Below, piece after piece: positions 43,280 through 51,898 of a stretch of 64,000 bases of DNA. Every line of letters starts with the position of its first letter. Position 1 is the stretch's first letter. A model generated the notes under the pieces. The model did no database searches and was not told the DNA's origin. It saw nothing but the letters and a program-made list of their open reading frames with translations. Source of the DNA: Thermoanaerobaculia bacterium (lineage in GTDB: Bacteria; Acidobacteriota; Thermoanaerobaculia; Gp7-AA8); the NCBI GenBank assembly GCA_036506455.1, contig DASXRT010000089.1:778-64777 (forward strand), in the 5' to 3' direction. A program made the translations under genes and the position numbers.

Positions 43280-43342
43280 GGGGTCAGACCCCTCAGGCGA
43301 GCATGGCGAGATTCACGCGAAGTTCATGAGGGGTCTGACCCC
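43280..43342. repeat. Two 13-bp palindromes GGGGTC(A/T)GACCCC, 50 bp centre-to-centre, extendable to a 16-bp-stem hairpin
   Basis: GGGGTCAGACCCCTCA …31 nt… TGAGGGGTCTGACCCC, placed 3 nt after the upstream stop. Its termini (GGGGTCAG … CTGACCC) match those of the 28484–28554 element. Confidence 0.6.
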
Positions 43343-43401
43343 TTCCCTGAAATCCCGCTGAGCTTCACCCTGTTGCACTTCAGCGAGAGGTAGTCGTCCA
43401 A

Positions 43402-43680
43402 ATGCCTTTGTACGAGTACGCGTGTGACAAGTGTGGCGAGCGGACCGAGATCCTGCAGAAGATCTCCGATCCGCTGTACACGCATTGTCCGAAGTGCGGC
43501 GGCGCGATGCGGAAGCTGATCTCTTCTCCAGCGATTCAATTCAAAGGATCCGGTTTTTACAAGACCGATTACGCCAGCACCTCGGCGCCGAAGAGCGAAT
43601 CGCCGGGCGAGTCGAAAACCGAAACGAAAACCGAAACGAAAACCGAGACGAAGAAAACCGAAACGAAAACAAGCGACTGA
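43402..43680 (+). CDS. FmdB-family zinc-ribbon protein with C-terminal (TETK)n tail
   Basis: MPLYEYACDKCG…HCPKCGG is a CxxC…CxxC zinc ribbon typical of FmdB/regulatory zinc-ribbon proteins. Confidence 0.7.
   Translation: MPLYEYACDKCGERTEILQKISDPLYTHCPKCGGAMRKLISSPAIQFKGSGFYKTDYASTSAPKSESPGESKTETKTETKTETKKTETKTSD
43615..43671 (+). repeat. 12-nt tandem repeat (AAAACCGAAACG, ~4.5 copies) encoding the TETK repeats
   Basis: Seen directly in the sequence. Copy number is potentially variable. Confidence 0.8.
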
Positions 43681-43685
43681 AGCCG

Positions 43686-44324
43686 ATGCAATTCGCCCGC
43701 GATCTAAAGCGCCGCGCCGATTCGATTCTCGAAGAGGTCTTTCGTTCCCTCTTCGAAGAGATCGACACGCAGAAGATCCAGAAAGAAGTCGAGGATCTCA
43801 AGCGCGCTGCGCCGGCATATCATCCGTCGCGACACGCGCGGATGCTCGCGCGCCGCACCGCCATCCGCTGCGCGGCCGCGGGTGCGGTCACCGGATTGCC
43901 CGGCGGAACGATTGCCATCGGCGCACTTGGCGCCGACCTCGCCTATCTCGTTTATCAGCAGTTCCGGCTGATCCTCGGCATCGCCACGGTCTATGGACAT
44001 GCGCCAACCGGTCGGGAACGTTTTGCGGAAGCGTTGTCCTGTCTCGCGTACTCGTCGGGTGTAGGCATCGGCAAACAGGGCATCGCCACGGTTCTCGGAT
44101 CGGCGACGATCGAGGGTGGCGCGGTCGCGGAGCGGATCGGCGCGCGCATCGCTCGCGAACGATTGGCGCGATTCGTCCCCATCGTTGGCGCGGTGTCCGG
44201 TGGCGCGCTCAATTACGTCTCTGTGCGCGCCGTGGCGCGGTCGGCGATTCGTTACTACGAATCGCGCATCGATGAAGCTCTCGCGGACGAGATCTGGGCC
44301 GAAGGCGATCGCGAACACGCCTAG
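43686..44324 (+). CDS. EcsC-like family protein (tentative)
   Basis: True ATG at 43686 (MQFARDLKRR); the ORF-track N-terminus overlaps fmdB in another frame. Gly-rich segments (TGLPGGTIAIGALGADL … VGAVSGGALNYV) resemble EcsC. Confidence 0.45.
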   Translation: MQFARDLKRRADSILEEVFRSLFEEIDTQKIQKEVEDLKRAAPAYHPSRHARMLARRTAIRCAAAGAVTGLPGGTIAIGALGADLAYLVYQQFRLILGIATVYGHAPTGRERFAEALSCLAYSSGVGIGKQGIATVLGSATIEGGAVAERIGARIARERLARFVPIVGAVSGGALNYVSVRAVARSAIRYYESRIDEALADEIWAEGDREHA

Positions 44325-44414
44325 CGTTTTTGCAAGCTGCCCGTCGGACAATCAGTTGTCACAGCAGGACGGAATGCACGCACTGGGCTCGGCGTTTCGG
44401 GCCGGTGATCGACG

Positions 44415-44717
44415 ATGCCGAAATTCGAGACTGAGCAAACGCCTGAAGCCCGCTCCGCGTTCTACGAGCGGCGGCGGCTGCGGCGGATTCGGATGATCGT
44501 CGAGCTGACGCTGAATCTGATCAGCAGCGACAACACCGTGTCGCACCGCGAAGCGCGATGCCTGTGCGATTGCGCGCGCAAGGCGATCCTCGAGCTGTAC
44601 CCTGCCTTCTCGGAGCGCTACGAGCGCGTCATCCGTCCCGCATTCGAGCGCGTTCTTCAGGAGCGCTGGCCCGAAGAGGAGATGCGTTTCTCCCACGCGG
44701 GCGACGTCGTCAATTAG
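44415..44717 (+). CDS. Hypothetical small helical protein
   Basis: 100 aa with no recognisable motif. 4-nt convergent overlap with the DUF4097 gene. Confidence 0.3.
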   Translation: MPKFETEQTPEARSAFYERRRLRRIRMIVELTLNLISSDNTVSHREARCLCDCARKAILELYPAFSERYERVIRPAFERVLQERWPEEEMRFSHAGDVVN

Positions 44718-45538
44718 CTCACCGGCGGCGCTGGTTTCGGCGGCTGCGGCGGAGGCGGCGGCACGTTGTGAACTTCGACGTCCCCATTCACCGTCGTGAT
44801 CTGCAGCTCGAATTGCCCGCCATTCACCTGACCCGAAACGCGCCTGCTGCCGGGATGGGAATGAATGCTGAGCGGGAATGACGCTTCGAAATCGCCATTG
44901 ACCTGCGAGAGATCGCACGTGAACGATGCTGACGGCGGCAGCGTGGCCTCAACGCGGCCGTTGACCGTTTTCAATCTCGCCCCTCGAAAATCGCGGAGGA
45001 ACCGAGCGTGCACGCTGCCGTTGACGGTTCGTGCTTCCATCTCGTTCGTACCGCCGGTCTCGATGTCGATCGGACCATTGACAGTCGTGAACTCGCCGGC
45101 GCCATCGACTCCGCGTGAGGTAATGCGGCCATTGACCATCTTCAGATCGAGGGCGACGGCCGGCGGAACACGCAGCGCGTAATCGATCGTCAACCTGCTG
45201 CGCACGATGAATGGAAAATGGACGCGCACGCGATCACTCTTCTGGCCGATGTGCAGCGTGTCGCCGTTGAGCTCCGTCTCGAAGAAACCCTGATTCTCGG
45301 CGCGGTTGCTCGGATTCACGCCGACGCTGCGCACATGCGCGACGAGCGACACCTCGTCCGGAGTTCCGGCCTCGACGGAGAGGTTTCCGTTCACGCCGAC
45401 GACTTCGATCGTACGGATCGACGAGGCCGGCCAGCGGCGCTGGATCGTGGCACTGTGGCGTTCGCCAACGACGCACCCGGCCGCGAGCAGCACGACGCCG
45501 AGTAAGTAAACTCTACACAGTCGCGTGTACATGGACAC
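44714..45538 (-). CDS. Lipoprotein with DUF4097-type (putative adhesin, VNG-repeat beta-helix) domain
   Basis: Lipobox LLAAGC; repeated (T)VNG(x)(I/V) units; a Pro-rich C-terminus. Confidence 0.65.
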   Translation of the reverse strand: MSMYTRLCRVYLLGVVLLAAGCVVGERHSATIQRRWPASSIRTIEVVGVNGNLSVEAGTPDEVSLVAHVRSVGVNPSNRAENQGFFETELNGDTLHIGQKSDRVRVHFPFIVRSRLTIDYALRVPPAVALDLKMVNGRITSRGVDGAGEFTTVNGPIDIETGGTNEMEARTVNGSVHARFLRDFRGARLKTVNGRVEATLPPSASFTCDLSQVNGDFEASFPLSIHSHPGSRRVSGQVNGGQFELQITTVNGDVEVHNVPPPPPQPPKPAPPVS

Positions 45539-45568
45539 CTACGTTTCGTTGTACGGAAGCGGCCTGCG

Positions 45569-45982
45569 ATGGTTTCAACCGACGGCTCAAGACAGACGAC
45601 CCTGCTGAGGATCGCGGCCTTTCTGGTCGATGCGGTGACGATCGCCGTCGTCCTCATCCTGCCGGCCTCGATCGTGAGCTACGCCCTGGCCTGGATCGGT
45701 GGCTCGGTCAAAGGGATCCAGATCGTCTGGTGGGTCGCTCTCACGATCCTCATTGTTTCGATCCTCGTCCGTGACGGCATCCGCGGCCGCTCCGTCGGCA
45801 AGCAACTCCTCGGCCTCCGTCTGACGACGAGGAAGGGTGGGCGGTGCGGCTACTTCCGATCGGTCATCCGCAATCTGCCGCTCGTCGTGCCGGTCTGGAA
45901 CATGCTCGAGATCGCGTTCGTCCTCGCCGGCCGCGCGCGCACCGGCGACCGCATCGCGGGAACGCTCGTCACGGAGGAGTAA
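45569..45982 (+). CDS. RDD-family membrane protein
   Basis: Three TM segments with conserved R…D…D spacing (…RDGIRGRSVGKQL…GDRIAGT). Confidence 0.7.
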   Translation: MVSTDGSRQTTLLRIAAFLVDAVTIAVVLILPASIVSYALAWIGGSVKGIQIVWWVALTILIVSILVRDGIRGRSVGKQLLGLRLTTRKGGRCGYFRSVIRNLPLVVPVWNMLEIAFVLAGRARTGDRIAGTLVTEE

Positions 45983-46568
45983 CGCGCGAGAAGGCGAGTC
46001 GCCGCTCCGCGAGGACGTCCTCGATCTCGACTGTGCGTGACCGCCTCACATCGATCGTGTAGATGTTCTTCTCGCCGAACGACTCATCGACGAGCAACAC
46101 GTGCGGAGGATCGATGAATCTGTAGATCACGCTGATCGATTCGAACGGAACCTCGACGCGGATCGTGTCGTAGAGCAATCGCTCGACGATCTCGGCGTGA
46201 CGCAGTGTCTCGGCGGCCGTATCGCGATAGGCTCGCGACAGACCGCCGGTGCCGAGTTTCACTCCTCCGAACCAGCGCACCGCGACGATCGCCGCGTCAA
46301 AGACATCAGCTCCTTCGATTGCGGAGAGGATCGGCTTGCCGGCCGTTCCCGACGGTTCGCCGGCGTCGGAACTGCGCTGCCGATTTGAAAAAAGCCGAAA
46401 CGCCCAGCAGTGGTGTGAGGCGTCGAAGTATTGCTTCTCGATTTGCTTCAGAGCGTCGAAGAATTCTTCTTCGCTCGCGCATGGGAACGCGAGGCCCAGG
46501 AATTCGGAGCGCTCGACCTTGTGACGGAGCTCGGCGCGAGCGGCGAGCGTGCGGTAGTGGTCAGACAT
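45969..46568 (-). CDS. IMPACT/YigZ family protein (UPF0029)
   Basis: True ATG at 46568 (MSDHYRTL); the N-terminal extension in the ORF track is Ser/Thr/Arg-rich shadow. Conserved …DAGEPSGTAGKPIL… segment. Confidence 0.8.
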   Translation of the reverse strand: MSDHYRTLAARAELRHKVERSEFLGLAFPCASEEEFFDALKQIEKQYFDASHHCWAFRLFSNRQRSSDAGEPSGTAGKPILSAIEGADVFDAAIVAVRWFGGVKLGTGGLSRAYRDTAAETLRHAEIVERLLYDTIRVEVPFESISVIYRFIDPPHVLLVDESFGEKNIYTIDVRRSRTVEIEDVLAERRLAFSRVTPP

Positions 46569-47172
46569 TCCGGTACGCGGAGACGTAGCGGTTGCCCTTG
46601 AGAAAGAATCGGAGCGGCCAGTGCGCCGCGTCGGGTGCTCCTTCGACTCCGATGCGGGGACTGACGGCGATGTCGTCGTCATCGACCTCGATTTCGCGCG
46701 CGGTGATGAAGAGCCGCTCGCCGCGAAGACTCTCGCCGTCAAGGCTCTTGTCGATCTCCATCGCCGAGCAGATTTTTCCCGGACCTTTCATCAGATCGAA
46801 GTCGCGTTTCGCTTTCGGCCGGCGTTTGCGCAACGCTTCGATACCGCGCAGCGGCTCCGCTCCGCGCAGCAGCACGGCCTCGGCGATGTCCGCTTCCTGG
46901 GTGACGACATTGAGGCACCAGTGCATGCCGTAGGTGAAGTAGACGTACGCGTGACCGCCTTCGAGATACATCGACTCGTTTCGCGCCGAGCGTAAGCCAC
47001 GCCGGGCGTGACTGGCCGCGTCGTTCGCGCCGAGGTAGGCTTCGGCCTCGACGATGCGGGCAGAGAGGAGCTCACGTCCGATGCGCCGCCACAGAACGCA
47101 ACCGAGGAGCGAGCGGGCGACGGTCACTGTATCGCGCAGGTAAAATTCGGCAGGAAGCTTCGCCGGCTTCAT
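46561..47172 (-). CDS. mpg: DNA-3-methyladenine glycosylase (Mpg/AAG family)
   Basis: HAYVYFTYGMHWCLNVV core typical of the Mpg family. 203 aa. Confidence 0.85.
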   Translation of the reverse strand: MKPAKLPAEFYLRDTVTVARSLLGCVLWRRIGRELLSARIVEAEAYLGANDAASHARRGLRSARNESMYLEGGHAYVYFTYGMHWCLNVVTQEADIAEAVLLRGAEPLRGIEALRKRRPKAKRDFDLMKGPGKICSAMEIDKSLDGESLRGERLFITAREIEVDDDDIAVSPRIGVEGAPDAAHWPLRFFLKGNRYVSAYRNV

Positions 47173-48035
47173 GCGGAATGAATCGGGCCGGCTCCACGGC
47201 GGTCGAGCTGCTCTTCACTGACGTGTCTCCCGATCAGTGCGATCAGCTCGCGATGCACGCCACGAGGCGCACCGACGATATTGCCGCGCTCGAACCAGCG
47301 ATCGCCGCCTGCGAAGTCGGTGATCACGCCTCCCGCTTCTCGGACGAGAAGCGAACCGGCGGCGACATCCCAGGGCGAGAGATGGATCTCGAAGAAGCCG
47401 TCGAAGATCGCAGCGGCGGTATAGGCGAGATCGAGCGCCGCCGACCCGGCACGGCGTACACCTTTTGCTAAACGAATGACGTCTTCAAAAATACGAACAT
47501 AAACAGATACGTATTCTTGTGCGCGAAAGGGAAATCCGGTGGCGAGGAACGCACCTTCGACGTGTTCCTGATCGGAGACCTGCATGCGCTTGCCGTTGCG
47601 GAACGCGCCTGCGCCTTTTTCGCCGGTGAAGAAAAGCTCTCGCAGCGGCTCATAGATCACGCCGGCTGTGATCTCGTTTCCGACGTGCAGGCCGATGGAG
47701 ACCGACCACACTGGAAAATGCTGGAGATAGTTCGACGTGCCATCGAGCGGATCGATGACCCAAGTACGCTCGCTTGTCCCGCCCGACGCTCCGCTCTCTT
47801 CACCAAGAAACGAATCAGCGGGAGAAAGATCATGAATGCACGAGATGATCGCCTTCTCGGCCTCGCGATCGGCGGCGGATACCCAATCGTTGCGCGCCTT
47901 CATGTCGGCGTCTGCTTTGCCGAGGGTCTCCCAATAGCGGATGAGGACGGCGGCGCCGCGTTTGGCCGCCTCGATGCCGATCTCGACGTCGTTCAAGCGA
48001 CCGCTATGGTGTAGCATCTCCCGCACAGTGTCCAT
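47169..48035 (-). CDS. suhB: Inositol monophosphatase family protein (SuhB-like)
   Basis: Motifs …EESG…, WVIDPLDGT and …WDVAAG…. Start at ATG 48035 (MDTVREM), or 48020. Confidence 0.85.
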   Translation of the reverse strand: MDTVREMLHHSGRLNDVEIGIEAAKRGAAVLIRYWETLGKADADMKARNDWVSAADREAEKAIISCIHDLSPADSFLGEESGASGGTSERTWVIDPLDGTSNYLQHFPVWSVSIGLHVGNEITAGVIYEPLRELFFTGEKGAGAFRNGKRMQVSDQEHVEGAFLATGFPFRAQEYVSVYVRIFEDVIRLAKGVRRAGSAALDLAYTAAAIFDGFFEIHLSPWDVAAGSLLVREAGGVITDFAGGDRWFERGNIVGAPRGVHRELIALIGRHVSEEQLDRRGAGPIHSA

Positions 48036-51000
48036 GAGAGGGGCTTCACGCCGCAGCAGCGACGCGGTCGTGGTGTCGTTGCGAAATTTCGCCTGGCCTC
48101 GACCGGCGATAGCCACACTGCGTCATCCGACGCTGCCGTGGTTCGAGAGCTTCGCGCCGGAGGTCGAGCTCAGCGCCATACCAATCGCCGATCTGCGCAA
48201 CGCCGGCGCACGCGATCGGCTTTCGCTCGTCGGTCAGTTTGCGACGCACATCGCGCTGTTGCAGTTTGCCGGCATCGCCGACGGCGAATTCGACGCGAAC
48301 GAATGGGTCGTCGTCCGCAAGCGCGGCAGCGACTGCCGCCTGGTCCGCATCGCGGCGCGCGAATGCGATGCCGACGCGACACCGTCTCCGCTGCACAGCA
48401 CCCAGCATTTCGCCGAAGCGATCCATGCGCCGGAGCTGGAGACGCTGAAACAATCGTGGACGCGAGCGGAGTCGATCTTCGCCGAAGTGCACGGCCGCCT
48501 TCGAAGCGATGCCGCGGCGGATATGCGATGGCTGCAGCGATGCGCTGTCGGCGAGATTCTTCCGCCCGGTGCCGAGGCGATCAGCGCGATGTGGAGCAGC
48601 GGCGGACCGCACGAGATCGCCGGCACGGACGCACTCGACGCGTTCCACCTTTACGCGGCACTTGACGAATCGGCACGCCTCATCGTCATCGGCAGCGAGT
48701 TCCCGATTCAACGCTATGCGGCCCTTGCCTCGCTCGATGCTTCGCTGGTCGGCTCGACGCTCTCGCCCGCCGAGGTCGCGGATCGCTTATCGGAAGTGAA
48801 GAGCGGCCAGGTTCTGGTGGTCTCGGGCAATCTCGATGATGAGTCTCGGCGTGTCGTCGAGATGATCAGACGGCACGAAGAGCAGCCGGCCATCGTCCGC
48901 CGATGGACGGTTCTCTCGACGCGGCTCGCCGCACAGCGTGCGCTGGAGGAGCGATTGATCGCGCTCCCCGACGCTCGCGCATGGCTCGATGCGTTCACGG
49001 CGAGCGATGTGTATGACAAGTATCTCCGTGACGGCGCACAGCCGGTCGACGACGGCGTGTTCGCACGAACGCCGGAGCCGCGCCGCTCGTACATCGCAGC
49101 GCTGGCCTTGCTCGGGACACGGATCCCGTCCACGCTGGCGCGTGACTTTCTTTCAGAGTTCCTTTTCGAGCAGCCGCTCGATGCGCTAATCGTCGACGGC
49201 GTGACATCGCTCGAAGATGACTGCTTCGTCTTCGCGTCCGAAGCGGTGCGCGAGCACTGCGCACGTCATGTGCCGGAGGCATCGCGACCAGCACTCGCGC
49301 GCGCTGCGGCATCGGTGACGGAGAAATTGGAAGAGATTCAGTGGCGGAGCGCGGAAGAAACCGTGGACGCGCTCAATGCCCTACCGCGATCGACGCTGAC
49401 GCCCCGACTCGCTTCACGCCTCGCCAATGCTCTCGTCGACAGCGGTCGCTATCGCGATGCGCGGGATCTCGCACCGCTTCTGGCCGAAGATGCGCGCGAA
49501 CTGCTGTTGGCGCGGTGCGAGCGGCGAACCGGCGACTATGCGACAGCATTGGTCCATGTGGAACATCTTCACGGTTTCGACGCGGAGATCCTGCGCGCGG
49601 AGCTTCTTCGCCTGACCGGTCGCATCGACATAGCGCGTCAGGTGCTCGAGCGCGCGGAACCGCACACTGACGAAGAGAAGATGCGCCTGGCATATGAGCG
49701 TGCCGTCCTGGCGATCGACGAGGGAGAACGTCCCATCGCCGTTGCGGGCGATCACTACCTGGCCCGCCGTTCGGCAACGTACAGCGCGTTGATGCACGGC
49801 GATTTCGAAGCGGCTGCGGACCTCGCTGCTCAATCGTTCGCCGCCGCGCGTTCGGCCGCGGAGCGCATCGACTCCTGCCTCGACCGTGTATTCGCATCGT
49901 TCTCGTCGGGGCGCTGGTCGGAGACACGCGCCATCGCGCTCGAGGCGCTTGCCATCGTCGACGAGGCGCAGGGTGATCGCGCTGCGGCCGGCATCCTCTT
50001 TACCCTGACCTTTGTCGAAGCTGACGATGGCCGCTGGACGTCGGCCGCGCAACATATCGCCCGACTGCGACAGTATTACGCGAATGATGCTCTGCGACTG
50101 GCCGAGATCGACCTGCTGTCCGGATACCTCGAGTTCGCTCGCGGTCATTTCGACGAAGCGCGCCGTCTCGTCTCGACTCTTTTCGAGCGCAAGGAGCTCA
50201 TGCCGCAGATTCGAGAAGCCGCGGCACTGGTCCTCGACGAGATCGACTGGATCGAGCAGCGCCAGGCGTCGCTGCGATCGACGGGGAAAACTCAGAACCG
50301 CGAGCTTGACGAGCGTCATCGTTTGATGCACACGCGACGGGGAACGCCGGTGGATCCGTTGAGCGGATTTGCGGCCGCGCTGGCGCGATGGGAAGCGTCG
50401 CCGCAGTCCGAGCCACCGCAGCCCGCGACTCGCTCCGAGAAACTGAAACTCTTCCGCTCCTCGCTCGGCATCTCGCGCCACGATGTCGCGCGCACGATCG
50501 TCTCGGAGCTTTCGATCACGATGCCGGAGGCGGCGCCTGCTCGAACGACGGCTGACGTCGAGATGCTGCGCATCGCCGCATCGGCTGAGTATCCCTTTCG
50601 TGCCGATGCTTTCGCCATTCCGTGGTGTCACGTCACGCGAAACCGTCTCGGCCAGTGGTCGCAGGATGGCTTGCGATCGTTCGACGGCGCCACGCTCGAT
50701 CGCATCGCGTCATCGCTCGAACCCGACTGGCTCCGCTGCAACGAGCGCGAGATGCTGTTCATCGAGGGTTCGACGGCGTGGCCGCAGGCGTCGCGTGATG
50801 CGATCGCAGCGCTCTTCCGCACGCGCGCGGAGAATCATCGATTGCGGCGCATTCTCGAGCAGGATGAAGCGTCGGCACCCTCGCGTCGCGATTCGATCGA
50901 AGGCATCGTGGGTGATTCTGTGGCGATGCGTGAGATCTTCTCGCTCGTCGAGCGGATCGCGCAGCGCGACGTCCCGGTCTGCATCCTCGGCGAATCCGGA

Positions 51001-51858
51001 ACGGGGAAGGAGCTCGTCGGTCGCGCCATTCATCGCGCGTCATCGCGCCGACATAAGACCTTTACGGCGGTCAACTGCGCGGCGCTTCCGGAGAATCTGG
51101 TGGAGAGCGAGCTGTTCGGACACATGCGCGGTGCATTTACGGGCGCTGACCGCGATCGCGCCGGCTTGATCGAGACCTCTGACGGCGGCACGTTGTTCCT
51201 CGATGAGATCGGCGAGATGCCGCATGCCGCGCAGGCGAAGCTGCTGCGCTTCCTGCAGGACGGCGAGTTCCGCCGCGTCGGCGATACGACGAACCGGACC
51301 GCCGATGTACGCATCGTCAGCGCCACGAATCGCAAGCTCGAGGCCGCGGTCGAAGAAGGACGTTTCCGCGAGGACCTGTACTACCGCGTCCGCGGCATCG
51401 AGGTCGTTCTGCCTCCGCTGCGCGAACGCGGCGAAGACGTCATGCTTCTAGCGCAATACTTCCTCGCCCGCGAGCGGGCCAAACATCGAGCCGGTCCGCA
51501 GTCGTTCACACCCGAAGTCGAGACCCTGCTTCAGTCATACGGCTGGCCCGGAAATGTCCGCGAGCTGCAGAACACCGTTCGCGCCGCGCACGCGATGGCG
51601 GGCGACGCGCGCGAGATCGACATCGAGCATCTTCCGGAGCGGCTGCGCAAGGTGCGGCCGGTGAAGGTGACCGCCGGGTCGTATCAGGATGCGGTGGCGC
51701 GCTTCCGGCGCGATCTCATCGAAAAGTCTTTGGCCGCAGCGGCCGGAAACCAGAATCGCGCCGCGGCGCTGCTGAAGATCTCGCGTCAGGCTCTCGCGTA
51801 TCAGATCCGCGAGCTCGGCATCATGGTCGGAAAGCAGGCCCAGCGCCCGCGCGCGTGA
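48034..51858 (+). CDS. Giant orphan sigma-54-dependent activator: ~950-aa N-terminal helical-repeat (TPR-like) domain + AAA+ sigma-54 module + Fis HTH; no receiver domain
   Basis: C-terminus holds GESGTGKE Walker A, ESELFGHMRGAFTGAD (GAFTGA) and a PGNVRELQN arginine finger, then an HTH. Start is uncertain: ATG 48034 overlaps the suhB start codon as a CATG palindrome; GTG 48070/48073 and TTG 48079 are alternatives. The ORF-track start at 47941 lies inside suhB. Confidence 0.8.
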   Translation: MRGASRRSSDAVVVSLRNFAWPRPAIATLRHPTLPWFESFAPEVELSAIPIADLRNAGARDRLSLVGQFATHIALLQFAGIADGEFDANEWVVVRKRGSDCRLVRIAARECDADATPSPLHSTQHFAEAIHAPELETLKQSWTRAESIFAEVHGRLRSDAAADMRWLQRCAVGEILPPGAEAISAMWSSGGPHEIAGTDALDAFHLYAALDESARLIVIGSEFPIQRYAALASLDASLVGSTLSPAEVADRLSEVKSGQVLVVSGNLDDESRRVVEMIRRHEEQPAIVRRWTVLSTRLAAQRALEERLIALPDARAWLDAFTASDVYDKYLRDGAQPVDDGVFARTPEPRRSYIAALALLGTRIPSTLARDFLSEFLFEQPLDALIVDGVTSLEDDCFVFASEAVREHCARHVPEASRPALARAAASVTEKLEEIQWRSAEETVDALNALPRSTLTPRLASRLANALVDSGRYRDARDLAPLLAEDARELLLARCERRTGDYATALVHVEHLHGFDAEILRAELLRLTGRIDIARQVLERAEPHTDEEKMRLAYERAVLAIDEGERPIAVAGDHYLARRSATYSALMHGDFEAAADLAAQSFAAARSAAERIDSCLDRVFASFSSGRWSETRAIALEALAIVDEAQGDRAAAGILFTLTFVEADDGRWTSAAQHIARLRQYYANDALRLAEIDLLSGYLEFARGHFDEARRLVSTLFERKELMPQIREAAALVLDEIDWIEQRQASLRSTGKTQNRELDERHRLMHTRRGTPVDPLSGFAAALARWEASPQSEPPQPATRSEKLKLFRSSLGISRHDVARTIVSELSITMPEAAPARTTADVEMLRIAASAEYPFRADAFAIPWCHVTRNRLGQWSQDGLRSFDGATLDRIASSLEPDWLRCNEREMLFIEGSTAWPQASRDAIAALFRTRAENHRLRRILEQDEASAPSRRDSIEGIVGDSVAMREIFSLVERIAQRDVPVCILGESGTGKELVGRAIHRASSRRHKTFTAVNCAALPENLVESELFGHMRGAFTGADRDRAGLIETSDGGTLFLDEIGEMPHAAQAKLLRFLQDGEFRRVGDTTNRTADVRIVSATNRKLEAAVEEGRFREDLYYRVRGIEVVLPPLRERGEDVMLLAQYFLARERAKHRAGPQSFTPEVETLLQSYGWPGNVRELQNTVRAAHAMAGDAREIDIEHLPERLRKVRPVKVTAGSYQDAVARFRRDLIEKSLAAAAGNQNRAAALLKISRQALAYQIRELGIMVGKQAQRPRA

Positions 51859-51861
51859 CGA
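51807..51861 (+). repeat. Direct repeat copy A: the 3-prime end of the activator gene (…IRELGIMVGKQAQRPRA*)
   Basis: About 85% identical to 52991–53046; the first 21 nt are identical. Confidence 0.7.
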
Positions 51862-51898
51862 AGCCGCCGCATGTCAACCATGCAAGACAGAACAGTCG

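Noticed and set aside
43431-43685. N-terminal 85 codons of ORF 43431..44324 overlapping fmdB in another frame (ENRNENRNENR)
   Set aside because: This is a frame-shifted reading of the TETK microsatellite; the real start is ATG 43686.
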